This document shows positions 37,851-49,934 of a stretch of 64,000 nt of DNA, piece after piece. The notes beneath the pieces were generated by a model. The model made no database searches, was not told the DNA's origin, and worked only from the letters and a program-made list of their open reading frames with translations. Every line of letters begins with the position of its first letter. The first letter of the stretch is position 1. This stretch comes from Cenococcum geophilum (lineage: Eukaryota): NCBI GenBank assembly GCA_050273025.1, contig CP158635.1:3472001-3536000 (forward strand). Direction: 5' to 3'. The translations under genes and the position numbers were made by a program.

Positions 37851-40299
37851 GCTAAAAGGTACTCCAATACACCAAGCCCCTTCCGCTGTTATCGATAAGA
37901 TCCGACCAATAGGATCAATAGGATCAATAAGATCAAGGCTCCGTGATGAAAGATATGACGTCGTAGAATCTGCTAATTTCCATATATACACTCAATCTTT
38001 GGAGTTAAATTGCTCAAGATAAGCAGCCAACACTCATCTCTTCCGCAGAACGGTATGTGGCAAATAGAGTTCTTGGAGCTCTACGTCGCCTCTTCCAACT
38101 CTTACTACTACGAGCTTTATGAGTCCTATTTGGTGAGCGCCCTGAGTCGGTGAAATTAAATGTTTAGTTGGTGAGACAAGGTCTATATCATTATTAGAAG
38201 TACGATTGGTATGGTTCTGGTGGTTTGGTGCCCCACGCACGGTCCATCTCTCGAAGGACGTCACACCCTTCTCCACAAAAATTCCCAAGGATCTTTAGTA
38301 GGAGTCTCTTGGAGCTCGACGACGTGCACGTGATAGGTCACGTGACAATGCGCGGGCCACCTTGTGTATATCTTCTCATCGAGCCCCTTACATTCTTCCT
38401 TATAGAGCCTTTCATATATATTCCATGCCAGCCTAGTCACTGCCCTGATAGGACTTTTTGTTGACCTGGTGTCGATCACTACTAGATTAGGGGTATCTTG
38501 GCATGTATATGTAGCCTCTTTTCTTCGTAGATCAATCTACACACGAGTTTTCCTGTTCAACATTTTTCATTATTTACCCTTTTGTCCATTATGCCAGATT
38601 GCATTTGTATATTTCTTCGGAATGTCCGTTGGTAACGAGCTAAGAGGGGGGTTTATCGCGATGTTGCGGTTGTATTCGCACCCGTGCTTTAGAATTGTCG
38701 ACCTATGAGACTTTAGAAGTCGCATCAGTCCTTGATCAAACGACTGACGTTTGAAGTTCTAACCGATTAACCAAACACGTCGTAGATCTGACGAAACTGA
38801 CGACGACTTCTTAATGTATGTATAGAGGCTCTAGAGCCACGTTCAATGCAGCAGAGTTCCCACTCTTGACCGTTCTGTTCGACAAGAATTAGAGCCAGCA
38901 AGAGAATCCCTTAAATTCGATGGCGTTGCTTCAGTCGATTCGAAAAGTTTGGCCATCATTAACTAGATCTCGAGGGAGAGATATGCTTAGTGGGTTGCGG
39001 GAAACAAGTAAGGGTAATAAATTGGGTACAGGTGATCTAGAGAACTTTGAATAAGCTATGGCTCTTGGTGCCCTATTGTACGCAGGAATACTGCCGAAAA
39101 GTTATGGTCGTACCGTTCGGTTGGCTGCCTGGCCACAAAATTGCTTGCGGTATACTTAGCATTGAGCTCTGCAGACTCCGTCCATCACATTGCTAGTCAA
39201 AAGAGAATCGGTAGGCCTCGCAGACCTTGTGTCCTACGGGGCGACGACGTGTAGGCATGACGCCCTAAGTTCGTACGCCGAGTGTGGAGACAAGCACAAA
39301 GGTAACAGCTGTCTTTTCAGTGTAGGGTTTATGATGGAAAGGGAGCGGGGTTGATTGGCGCCTGTCATCGGCATTGCAACGACCGAAAACGCGGGTTATT
39401 CAGCGGTCGAATACGGACGAAATTTGGATGATCTGCATCGTGCCAGCAGATCCTCCCAATTGGAATACGTGGATGATGGTTGCTTTTTCCCCCAATCTTC
39501 CTACGCGTGTAGAGTTGAAGATATATGTGGACCACGTAGAATGTTCTCGGTCTCCACAGGTGTGATAACTCCTGCTTACCGCAAAATAGCGCTATCTCAT
39601 ATCCGATAGGGCTTAGCGATCTCGATATACGCGCGTAGCAGGGCGCCCTAGCTGCTCAGTGCGAAGTAGCATCCTTGATATTGACGAACTATTTCCAAAA
39701 TCAAGCCCATAGTTACAAATTCTGTGAGTAACAGACTGGGGCAAGGATTCGTCTATGCGAGCTTTTGCAAATATCAATCCCCGAGGCCCCGAGACCCCGA
39801 GTTCGTCCTACAATTCTAGTGAGATGAATTACATGTACCCAATTAGGTGGTGCAGTGTTAGAGCAAGAGAATATTCGTAATTTAGTTGGGCAGTGGTGGG
39901 TTGATTGATAAGGACCGGATCAAGCACTCACCGACTGCCGACCACACCCGCGTCTTTCAAACATGCGACAGAGCGAACGTCAAGAGATTGCGCGAACAAA
40001 AAAGATATGGAGATAGCATTTCCTAGCAGCTATGTGGTTGACCGTTTCCCTACCTACCCACCATGGTCGCTACTGCCTCCGTCTGATTTCATATTCTCCG
40101 CTAATTCTACCATTTGTTTACCGTCCCTAAGATCGGTGTCTCGGGTCGGCAACTTTTGGTCCTGCATTAGCCAATATCGACTCTATTGTTGTCTTTAGAA
40201 CCGTCTTTTACTTTAGTACCCCTCTTTGCAGAGGTTTAAAAAATACTCCCGAGTCGGACTATTCAGGACAGCTAATTATTCAGAGACACCTGATCTGAA

Positions 40300-43200
40300 A
40301 TGTCGACCTCAAACGATCAGCCTACCCCCCACGATGAAGAACTACCAGGAGGATGGATAGAGACCCCAGCAGAGCCTAACCGCCAACATTCCTTCCCAAA
40401 TCAACGGCCTTCTTATACACCTCGAGGACTATCGACTATCACAAACAGTAACACTCTTTTAAGCTATGATGGTGGATCAGAGCACCAGATCACCGAGCTG
40501 GCGCCAATCGCGAGAGAATTATCTGCTGTTTCACCTTCTAGCATGAGGAAGGAAGTGGGGTTGGGTGGTTATGTTAGGCCGAGCGCGAGAGGATTGATTG
40601 CCACTGAGCCCGACGAAGATGAGTACAGCGAGAAAAATGAAGTATTTGAACCTATCAAGTCAGCCTCTAGCACGCATAACCAGCCTGCCCTGGCAAAGAC
40701 TGCGTCGGGCAAAACAATTACGGAAGACGATTTGTTTCAGGTACTATCAAAGCGAAGAACAAATGCGCTTGGCCGGCAAAGCACTGCCTCCACTGTGGAT
40801 CCTGAATATAACGAGGAGCAAGAGGAAATTAATAAGCTGATGTCCCGGATGTTTGGTCGCACTCGGCAAGAGAACTCAGAAGAAGAGAAGACGAGGCATG
40901 TTGGAGTCGTGTTCAAACATTTGACAGTCAAAGGCATGGGTCTTGGTGCCGCGCTGCAACCAACCGTTGGGGAATCCTTCCTGGGTCTGCCGCGCTTTCT
41001 AAAAAACCTCATTACCAAAGGTCCACGCCAGGTAGCTAGCAAACCTCCAGTACGAACTATTATTGATGACTTTTCGGGTTGTGTGAAGCCCGGAGAGATG
41101 CTCCTGGTACTGGGCCGGCCTGGTGCTGGTTGTTCGACGTTTCTGAAAGTAATTGGTAACCAAAGATTTGGTTACGAAAACATCGAGGGTGATGTTACGT
41201 ATGGCGGGACTGACGCGAAAGAGATGGCTAAAAAATACCGCAGCGAAGTTCTCTACAATCCCGAAGAGGATCTTCACTATGCCACACTAAAAGTAAAAGA
41301 TACGCTCAAGTTCGCCCTGAAAACCAGGACTCCCGGCAAGAGTTCACGCAAAGAAGGGGAGTCAAGAGGCGACTACGTCCAGGAATTTCTCAGAGTTGTG
41401 TCGAAACTTTTCTGGATTGAACACACAATGAACACAAAGGTTGGAAATGAATTCGTGAGGGGTGTATCAGGGGGTGAAAAGAAGCGCGTTAGCATTGCCG
41501 AAGCGATGATCATGAAAGCCTCCGTTCAATCATGGGATAACAGTACCAGAGGTCTTGATGCTAGTACCGCTCTGGAATATGTCCAAAGCTTACGGTCTCT
41601 CACCAACATGGCTCACATCTCAACTAGTGTTGCTCTCTATCAGGCAGGAGAATCTCTTTTTAATTTGTTTGACAAGGTACTGCTGATAGATGAAGGCCGC
41701 TGTTGCTACTTTGGACCCACAGATCATGCTGCCAAATACTTTAAGGATCTTGGTTTTATGCAACCTGATCGCTGGACTACTGCAGACTTTTTGACATCAG
41801 TGACTGATGAGCACGAACGGCACGTCAAGGAAGGCTGGGAGGATCGCATTCCACGTTCGGCTAACCAATTCGGAGAAGCCTTCCTCAAAAGTGAGAGATA
41901 CCAACAAAACATAACGGAAATTCGAGAATTCGAAGAAGAGACCAAAAGAATGGCAGAGGAGCGCAGTGCTGCACGAACAAAGGCCACCAAAAAGAAAAAT
42001 TATACACTTCCTTTCTACAAGCAAGTCACTGCTTGTACAAAGCGACAGTACTTAGTCATGATCGGGGACAAGCAATCACTCGTAGGGAAGTGGGGCGGAA
42101 TTCTATTCCAGGCTTTGATTGTAGGAAGTCTGTTTTACGATCTGCCGAAGACTGCCACTGGAGTTTTTACAAGAGGTGGTGTCATCTTCTTCATGCTCCT
42201 ATTTAACGCTCTGCTTGCATTAGCTGAATTGACAGCTGCTTTCGAGAGTCGACCCATCCTACTCAAGCATAAGAGCTTCTCATTCTATCGACCTTCCGCT
42301 TATGCAATCGCCCAGACGGTTATGGATTGCCCTTTAGTATTCATCCAGGTTGTCATTTTCAATGTGGTCGTTTACTTCATGGCGAACCTCCAAAGGACAG
42401 CATCCCAATTCTTCATCAGTGTCTTGTTTTTATGGCTCTTAACCATGACCATGTATGCGTTTTTCAGGAGTATCGGTGCTCTCGCAGGCTCGCTCGACAC
42501 AGCCACGAGAATCACAGGCGTGGCAATCCAGGCCCTCGTTGTTTACACAGGCTATCTCATTCCTCCGAGAAAGATGCATCCGTGGTTCTCTTGGCTGCGG
42601 TGGATAAACCCCGTGCAGTATGGTTTTGAAGCTCTGCTATCAAACGAGTTTTACAATCTCAAGCTTGAGTACTGTCGCCCGTTTCCCTTCTCTGAGAGCC
42701 CATCGTTAATGTTCGATGTTACTGCAGGTGTGTGCCACCGTATATCGTTCCAATAGTCCCAAATGCTTTGCCCCGGTATCAGTCATGCACTATTCAAGGA
42801 AGCACCCCAGGTTCGCTCACTGTCAGCGGCGCCAATTATATTCAGGTAGCTTACGGCTACTCTCGATCGCACCTTTGGCGGAACTTCGGCTTCATCTGTG
42901 CTTTTTTCATATTCTTCGTCTTCCTGACAGCACTTGGAATGGAGCTGCAGAAGCCAAACAAGGGTGGCGGTGCCGTAACCATTTATAAGAGAGGTCAGGT
43001 CCCTTCCGCTGTCGAGAAAGCAATGGAGAAGAACACTCAGCCTAGGGATGAGGAAACAGGGGAGGTCCATGCTGCAGGTGCGGGAGATCCTAAGGATGAG
43101 CCAAGCAGTGGTAGCGACAATGAGGCATCGAAGGGCGTGGCGAGGAGCGACACGATCTTCACATGGCAAAACGTCAACTACGCAATTCCATATGAGAAGG

Positions 43201-45450
43201 GCGAAAGGAAGCTACTACAAGATGTTCAAGGCTACGTGAAGCCAGGAAAGCTGACCGCATTAATGGGTGCATCTGGTGCTGGTAAAACCACGCTACTCAA
43301 TACCCTAGCCCAGCGCATACGGTTCGGTGTAGTCAGCGGCGATTTCCTTGTTGACGGGAGGCCGTTGCCATCGTAAGAGCCTTTCCACTTAGAAATATGA
43401 AGAAGCATTCGCTGACCTAATTTCTAGGTCCTTCCAAAGGTCAACTGGTTTTGCCGAACAAATGGTAAGTACATCAAATGCCAAAGATTCATCTTCGGTC
43501 ATTAATCTGCTGTGCCCAATAGGATGTACATGAGTCGACTGCCACTGTAAGAGAAGCATTGCGATTTTCTGCCAAGCTGCGACAGCCGAGAGAAGTACCA
43601 CTTGAGGAGAAATACAACTATGTTGAAAAGATCATTGACCTTCTCGAGATGCGAGAAATCGCAGGCGCTGCCATTGGGAAAGTAGGGTCCGGCTTAAATC
43701 AAGAACAGAGGAAACGGGTCACGATTGGTGTCGAGCTGGCAAGCAAACCAGAGCTCCTCATGTTTCTTGATGAACCCACGTCAGGATTGGACTCTGGGGC
43801 TGCTTTCAATGTCGTCAGATTTCTGCGCAAGTTGGCAGATGCGGGGCAAGCAATCCTCTGCACGATTCATCAACCTTCTTCGGTTCTCTTCGAACACTTT
43901 GACCAGCTTTTATTACTGAAGAGTGGCGGCAGGACTGTGTACTTCGGAGAACTTGGGCATGACAGCCGAACCTTGCTGGACTACCTCGAGAAGAATGGCG
44001 CAAAAAGGTGTCCTCCTAAGACTAATCCCGCGGAGTATATGCTAGAAGCCATCGGCGCCGGAAATCCCGATTATAATGGGAAAGATTGGGGTGACGTGTG
44101 GGCGAGCTCACCTGAAAATGAGAGATTGACCAGAGAGATACAGGATATTACCACCAATCGCCGTAGCGCCGCGACAGGAGACAAAGCACGGGATGAACGA
44201 GAGTATGCTATGCCATTGAGTACGCAGCTATACGCTGTTATATACCGCAGTTTCACAGCAATGTGGAGGGATCCACCCTATATCATGTAAGGGGACCTTG
44301 AAAAGTTTGCGCAACACAATATTGACTGTGGATAGAGGAATGTTCATGCTCCACATCTTTACGGGCCTATTCAACACATTCACCTTCTGGCATTTGGGGA
44401 ATAGTCAGATTGACATGCAATCCCGCCTCTTCTCGGCTTTCATGACTTTAACAATCGCTCCGCCTCTAATCCAACAGCTGCAACCGCGATATCTCAATAT
44501 GCGGTCAATATACGAGTCGAGAGAAGGCAACTCCAAGATCTACTCGTGGGTAGCGTTTGTCTGTGGTGCTATCCTGAGCGAAATACCGTATCGGATTGTC
44601 GCCGGTACAATATACTGTATGTGTCATCTCTTCAACTTTTGGGCATCGAGATGAGTGGTAGTCGCTAACCGCGAGTAGGGTGCTGTTGGTATTGGGCCAC
44701 GTGGTTTCCTAGAGATACATACACGTCGGCTAGTGTCTGGCTGTTCATCATTGCCTTTGAGATGTTCTATCTTGGATTTGGCCAAGCCATCGCGTCCTTC
44801 TCTCCCAATGACCTGCTGGCTTCGTTGCTAGTTCCTATATTCTTCACGTTTAGTAAGCGCAGCCTGGATGTGCACCGTCATGTTCTTTACTGACTTCTGC
44901 AGTTGTCAGTTTCTGCGGTGTGGTTGTCCCGTACGCGGCATTGCCTTATTTCTGGCGGAGCTGGATGTATTGGGTCACGCCATTCAAGTATCTCCTCGAG
45001 GGCATGCTTGGCTTGATCACTGATGGAGTTCCCATCCAGTGCGACAGATCGGAGCTTGCGATATTTGACCCACCACCGGGACAGAGCTGTCAATCGTATG
45101 CCGGGCCATACGCTGAACGAATAGGCGGGTATGTGCGGACACAGCCGAACGGCAGTTGTGGATTTTGTCAGTATTCGAACGGTACTCAGTTTGCGGCGAG
45201 CTTCAACGTGTATCCAAAATATATATGGAGAGACTTTGGGATATTTTGTAAGTGGAATGGTATTGCTTTGAGATAAATAAATGATTGATAGGTTGCGATA
45301 GGGGTATACGTAATCTTCAACTTCGCTGTTGTATTCATCTGCTCCTGGCTTTACCTCCAGGGAGGACGCAAGATCAGGTCATTCTTCAGCCCAACGGCAA
45401 GGAAGAACGGGAAGGAGATGAGGAAGAGGCATGAAGGTGATAAGGCGTAG
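40300..45450 (+). CDS. atrF: Full-size PDR/ABCG multidrug ABC transporter (AtrF-like), multi-exon
   Basis: NBD1 GRPGAGCST, VSGGEKKRVSIAE and WDNSTRGLD; NBD2 GASGAGKTT, LNQEQRKRVTIGVEL and FLDEPTSGLDS; two TMDs; GT-AG introns; stop at 45450. Subfamily label is from recalled similarity. Confidence 0.92.
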
Positions 45451-45975
45451 TGCCGTATTTTCGGCCGCGGGGCAAAGCCCTAACAAGGTGGCTAAGTTGT
45501 CAAGGATGTGGTCAGCCGCGGTAGTGGCAGTAGCAATGGTGTCATCCTTACGGAGGACATTTCCCCTTCCTTTTTGGGGCTACCGGTTTTCCTCCATAAG
45601 GTTGCCCGTAAGGACATTGACGTTTCGGGGTCTTGGGCGGGTTTTAGGGGCAGAGACCGCCCAAAATCTTGTTGCTTAGCGATCGCTTTTCGCGCAGTCC
45701 TCCGTATCGGAGCCGCATTTGCTTCCGGGAGTGGCGTACGATCTCGGAAACGAAGCAGTGGGTGAAACCGGAAGAGCAATAAGTGAGTGGGGCGAGTGCA
45801 ACGAATGTGATTATTTCATGGAGGATGGTCTGGCCATGACTGGTGGCTGCATGCAAGTGGCGGTGTGTAATTGAAGTAATTGTGTAACTGTAACTTTGTG
45901 ATTCGGGGACTGGACGGGTGCACGCGGCGCTGGTGCGTGACCGTGCAGAGCCAGCAACGCTGCGTACCTGGACGT

Positions 45976-45998
45976 CGGAAAGCTTCGGAAAGCTTCGG
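45976..45998 (+). promoter_or_regulatory. Tandem CGG-N7-CGG sites (AcuK/AcuM, AOD2/AOD5-type) upstream of PEPCK
   Basis: CGGAAAGCTTCGGAAAGCTTCGG gives two overlapping CGGN7CGG motifs ~770 bp upstream of the PEPCK ATG. Confidence 0.65.
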
Positions 45999-46755
45999 AG
46001 AGCTTGGCGTGGCCCGCCCCGGCGTGCAGGTGACGATAAATGTTCGCGTTGACAGGTACTCATGGACAGTCACGGGCAGTCATTTCGCCCTGAGAAATCT
46101 AGATTGCGCTATTATTTTCCTTTCCTGCACCTGAAATCTTCGGACTGAATGGGTTTTCGGGTGCTCGAGGCATTACAGGAGGGCCATCACTCCCGATCTG
46201 AAGTAGTCGCGTGGCATGGTCGCTTGGAGCGCGCGCTCCCAGTGACGAAATGGTCCTGACATCAGTGCGGGATGCGGGGAACGCCCTAACAAAAGGACGA
46301 TCCGGTTGATGGCCAAGCTTTCTGCAGTGCGTGTGCCCCTTCTCCCAGCACCAGCCAGCTTGAGGCGCGCAAAACCACCAGAACGTCAGAATGGCTGTTG
46401 TTCTCGTTACCGAAAATCTCTCAGCCAGCGCCTCTCAAAGTCCTGTTTCCGGGAAGAATTCTTCGCAATATTCTGTTCCTCACAATTATCGTCGCAGATC
46501 TGTTTGCAAAAGACATAAGTTGAAGTGAGTAGACGCTCCAACTTGTTGCAGCTGACCCTCTCTACAGCCCGGCTTGTCTTCGTCTCTTCGTCACTCTTCG
46601 GAAGATTTAGGGCACTTCTTGACGGTTCCCGGCGTAAGCTTACGCACAGCCTCAGGTCCAATCAGCACCATCAGCTAGCATCTGGAGCACGCCACCCTGA
46701 ACCAACACGAGAAGGAGCGCTGTTGTCGCTGAGACTTCTTCCGGACATCGTGGAA

Positions 46756-49336
46756 ATGACTGGAGCTATTAAAGGAACCCAGACCCCGCCGATTCGTACT
46801 GCCTCTCCAGCTCCCTTGGCTGAAGACTTTGTCCGTCAGATCGTAGCCAAACAGCAACGAACCAATTTCCACTCTAGCTCCCTCAAGACAGCCATTCCGA
46901 AAGTCATGGTTGCTCATAGCGTAAACAAGACCGCTCTTCACCCCAGCGGTGTCCAGTGAGTATTGACGCATCACACCGACTTCCTTTGTCTACTTGCGTG
47001 CTTGAGCTGATATAATACCACTAGGCCGCAGCGTGAGCACACTGAGATTGAAGAGGAACTCCACGATAAAGCACACATTGACTATGACCGTGTTGCAATT
47101 GTAAGTTGTTGAAATCTTCACTTGTCACTATTACCACGCCACCACGCCACCACGCCACCACGCTACCACGCTACAACGCCACAACTGCCACTACTACCAC
47201 TACTACCACTACTACCACTACTACCACTACTACCATTACTACCATCACTACTACCATCAATGCTCATTCTAAACTCTACTGATATCTCTACAAGGTCGCC
47301 AATCCATCAGTTGCTGCACTTTACGAAGATGCTCTCGTCTATGAAACTGGCTCAGCCATCACATCAACGGGTGCACTATCAGCATACTCTGGAGCAAAAA
47401 CAGGCCGATCACCATCAGACAAGCGCATTGTGCGAGAGGAGAACTCAGAAAGCGATGTCTGGTGGGGCCCAGTTAACAAGCCAATGTCCCCCGATGTAAG
47501 TTCCCTCTGTACAGCTCTCATCTCGGCCCGCTGTTGTGTCATAAATTTTCGGCAGACGTCATCCTCAGTTTTTCACTACCGAGGGTATCCCCGAAAGGGA
47601 ATATGTGCATGCGTGCGTGTGCATGTGGCGTTCCCCCGCATTTACTTGACGCGTGCAAGGGGGGTACATGCATATGCGGCTTGCTAGCCTCTTGGCATAG
47701 AACGTCGTCCATACTGCACAGCACCCCCTTGTACAAACCCCTCCCCTGTACGGATTGGTAGCGTCAAGGCAGAATTTGTCTGGAAAGAGAATGTTCATAT
47801 ATTCTATGCCAAGCCGTTAGCAATCCATACAGAGGAGGGGGCTGTAACATCTGTTCCCTGTCCTTTTTTTCCCGCCTCGCCGCCTCAATCACGTGCGCCC
47901 ATCAAAATCCACTGACAGTTTTGGCAGATCTGGCGCATCAACCGTGAACGCGCCATTGACTACCTAAACACGAGGAACCGTATCTATGTCGTTGATGGCT
48001 TCGCTGGCTGGGATGAGCGCTACAGGATTGGAGTCCGAGTGGTCTGCGCCCGCGCCTACCATGCCCTGTTCATGCGAAACATGCTTATCAGGCCTTCGAG
48101 AGAAGAGCTTGAGGGTTTCCATCCCGACTATACCATCTACAATGCCGGTGCTTTCCCCGCCAATAGATATACAAAGGGCATGACCTCTGCGACATCAGTA
48201 GCAATCAACTTTGCCGAGAAGGAGATGGTTATTCTTGGTACTGAGTACGCCGGTGAGATGAAGAAGGGTATTTTCACAGTCCTCTTCTACGAGATGCCCG
48301 TTAAGCACAACGTCCTTACTCTACACTCATCCGCAAACGAGGGGAAGAACGGAGATGTCACTGTTTTCTTCGGTCTATCCGGTACTGGCAAGACGACTCT
48401 TTCTGCGGATCCAAAGCGCGCTCTCATCGGAGATGACGAGCACTGCTGGAGTGATAGGGGTGTGTTCAACATCGAGGGAGGTTGCTACGCTAAATGCATT
48501 GGCCTTTCAGCCGAGAAGGAACCGGATATCTTCGGTGCCATCCGATTCGGTGCCATCCTAGAGAATGTTGTTTTTGACCCCGTCACTCGTGTTGTCGATT
48601 ACGACGATTTCACGCTGACGGAGAACACTCGATGGTAAGTCTCTGATTATTTGATATTGAAGCTGAGATTAACATTCGCATCAGTGCCTATCCTATCGAG
48701 TACATTGAGAACACCAAAATTCCCTGCGTCAGCTCTGGCCATCCCACAAACATCATTCTGTTGACTTGCGATGCTCGGGGTGTCCTGCCACCGATCTCGA
48801 AGCTGAATACTGAACAGACCATGTATCACTTCATTTCTGGATACACGTCTAAAATGGCCGGAACCGAGGATGGCGTCACAGAACCGCAAGCAACTTTCTC
48901 TTCCTGCTTCGCGCAACCATTCCTCGCCCTGCATCCCATGCGTTACGCCAGAATGTTGGCAGACAAGATTGCCGAGCACAAGGCCAACGCCTGGCTTCTC
49001 AACACTGGCTGGGTCGGCGCTGGTGCTACCACTGGTGGCAAGCGCTGCCCACTCAAATACACCCGTGCCATCCTCGACGCCATTCACTCCGGTGAGCTTG
49101 CAAAGGCCGAGTTCGAGACGTACGAAACCTTCAATCTCTCAGTGCCAAAGAGCTGCCCGAACGTTCCCGATGAGCTGCTCAACCCAGCGAGGTCGTGGAC
49201 TGGCACGACCAACTTCAAGGGCGAGGTACGGAAATTGGGCAAGCTCTTCATGGAGAATTTCAAGAAGTACGAAGATCAAGCGACGACGGAAGTCATCAAA
49301 GCCGGTCCACATGCGTGTTGCTGCCACAACCATTAG
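46756..49336 (+). CDS. PCK1: Phosphoenolpyruvate carboxykinase (ATP), multi-exon
   Basis: [71 protein letters not shown] and FISGYT. Introns at ~46957-47024, 47101-47294, 47496-47927 and ~48635-48684. Confidence 0.97.
47135..47258 (+). repeat. Simple tandem repeats in PEPCK intron 2
   Basis: (CCACGCCA)n followed by ~7 copies of the 9-mer CTACCACTA. Confidence 0.85.
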
Positions 49337-49934
49337 ATTTGCGAAGTAAGGGGTCAATGTTAACATTTCACCAGACTGATTAGCCCACTTTGGGCGTAGA
49401 ATTTCTTGGCATGTATACCTTTCCTCTTTAGCGTCTCGGGCAACCGAGCAGCGAACGAGGATATTTCCTTTTCCTTTTCCCTTTCCACTTCTTCCAATTG
49501 TACCCATAGATTATACCTCGCAATACGTATGTGGAACGATGGCTTGAATGATAAAAATGAGGCATACCATTCATGGCTTTTAGCATGCTGAACATGACGG
49601 GTTTTATATGCGGTTAGAAGGATGGCATTGAAACATATTAGACGTTGAATAAACTCTAGCTTTTATATTACAAAAATTATTATTTTATCAAGCGAAATAG
49701 TCGAATGGATCTAATTTGAAAGAGCGGACGAAGACCGCCCATACTTTTGCAGACACTGCGAAGTCTTCTCTTGGCATTTCGGTGTTTCGATCGGAGACAA
49801 AGACCGAAGTTCAACGTTTTGACGTTTGTTAACTGGAGTCCGAGCTTTGCAACACCACCTTTCTGCTGTGCCATCACCACGAAGATACCCTCATTACAAT
49901 ATGCTCCTCCCAGTGACCACGTTTCAACAACACT

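Noticed and set aside
38034..40198. Short ORFs between the MITE and the ABC transporter
   Set aside because: No recognisable motifs or consistent splice structure.
46141..46152. CSRE-like CGGACTGAATGG in the PEPCK promoter
   Set aside because: One base longer than the yeast CSRE pattern; too weak to call.
47122..47499. ORF with (LPL)n repeats
   Set aside because: It is a translation of the intron-2 microsatellite and an off-frame PEPCK exon.
47653..47852. H/ACA snoRNA reading of the two PEPCK-intron hairpins
   Set aside because: An ACA follows hairpin 2, but there is no ANANNA H-box between the hairpins. Kept only as an unclassified structured RNA candidate.
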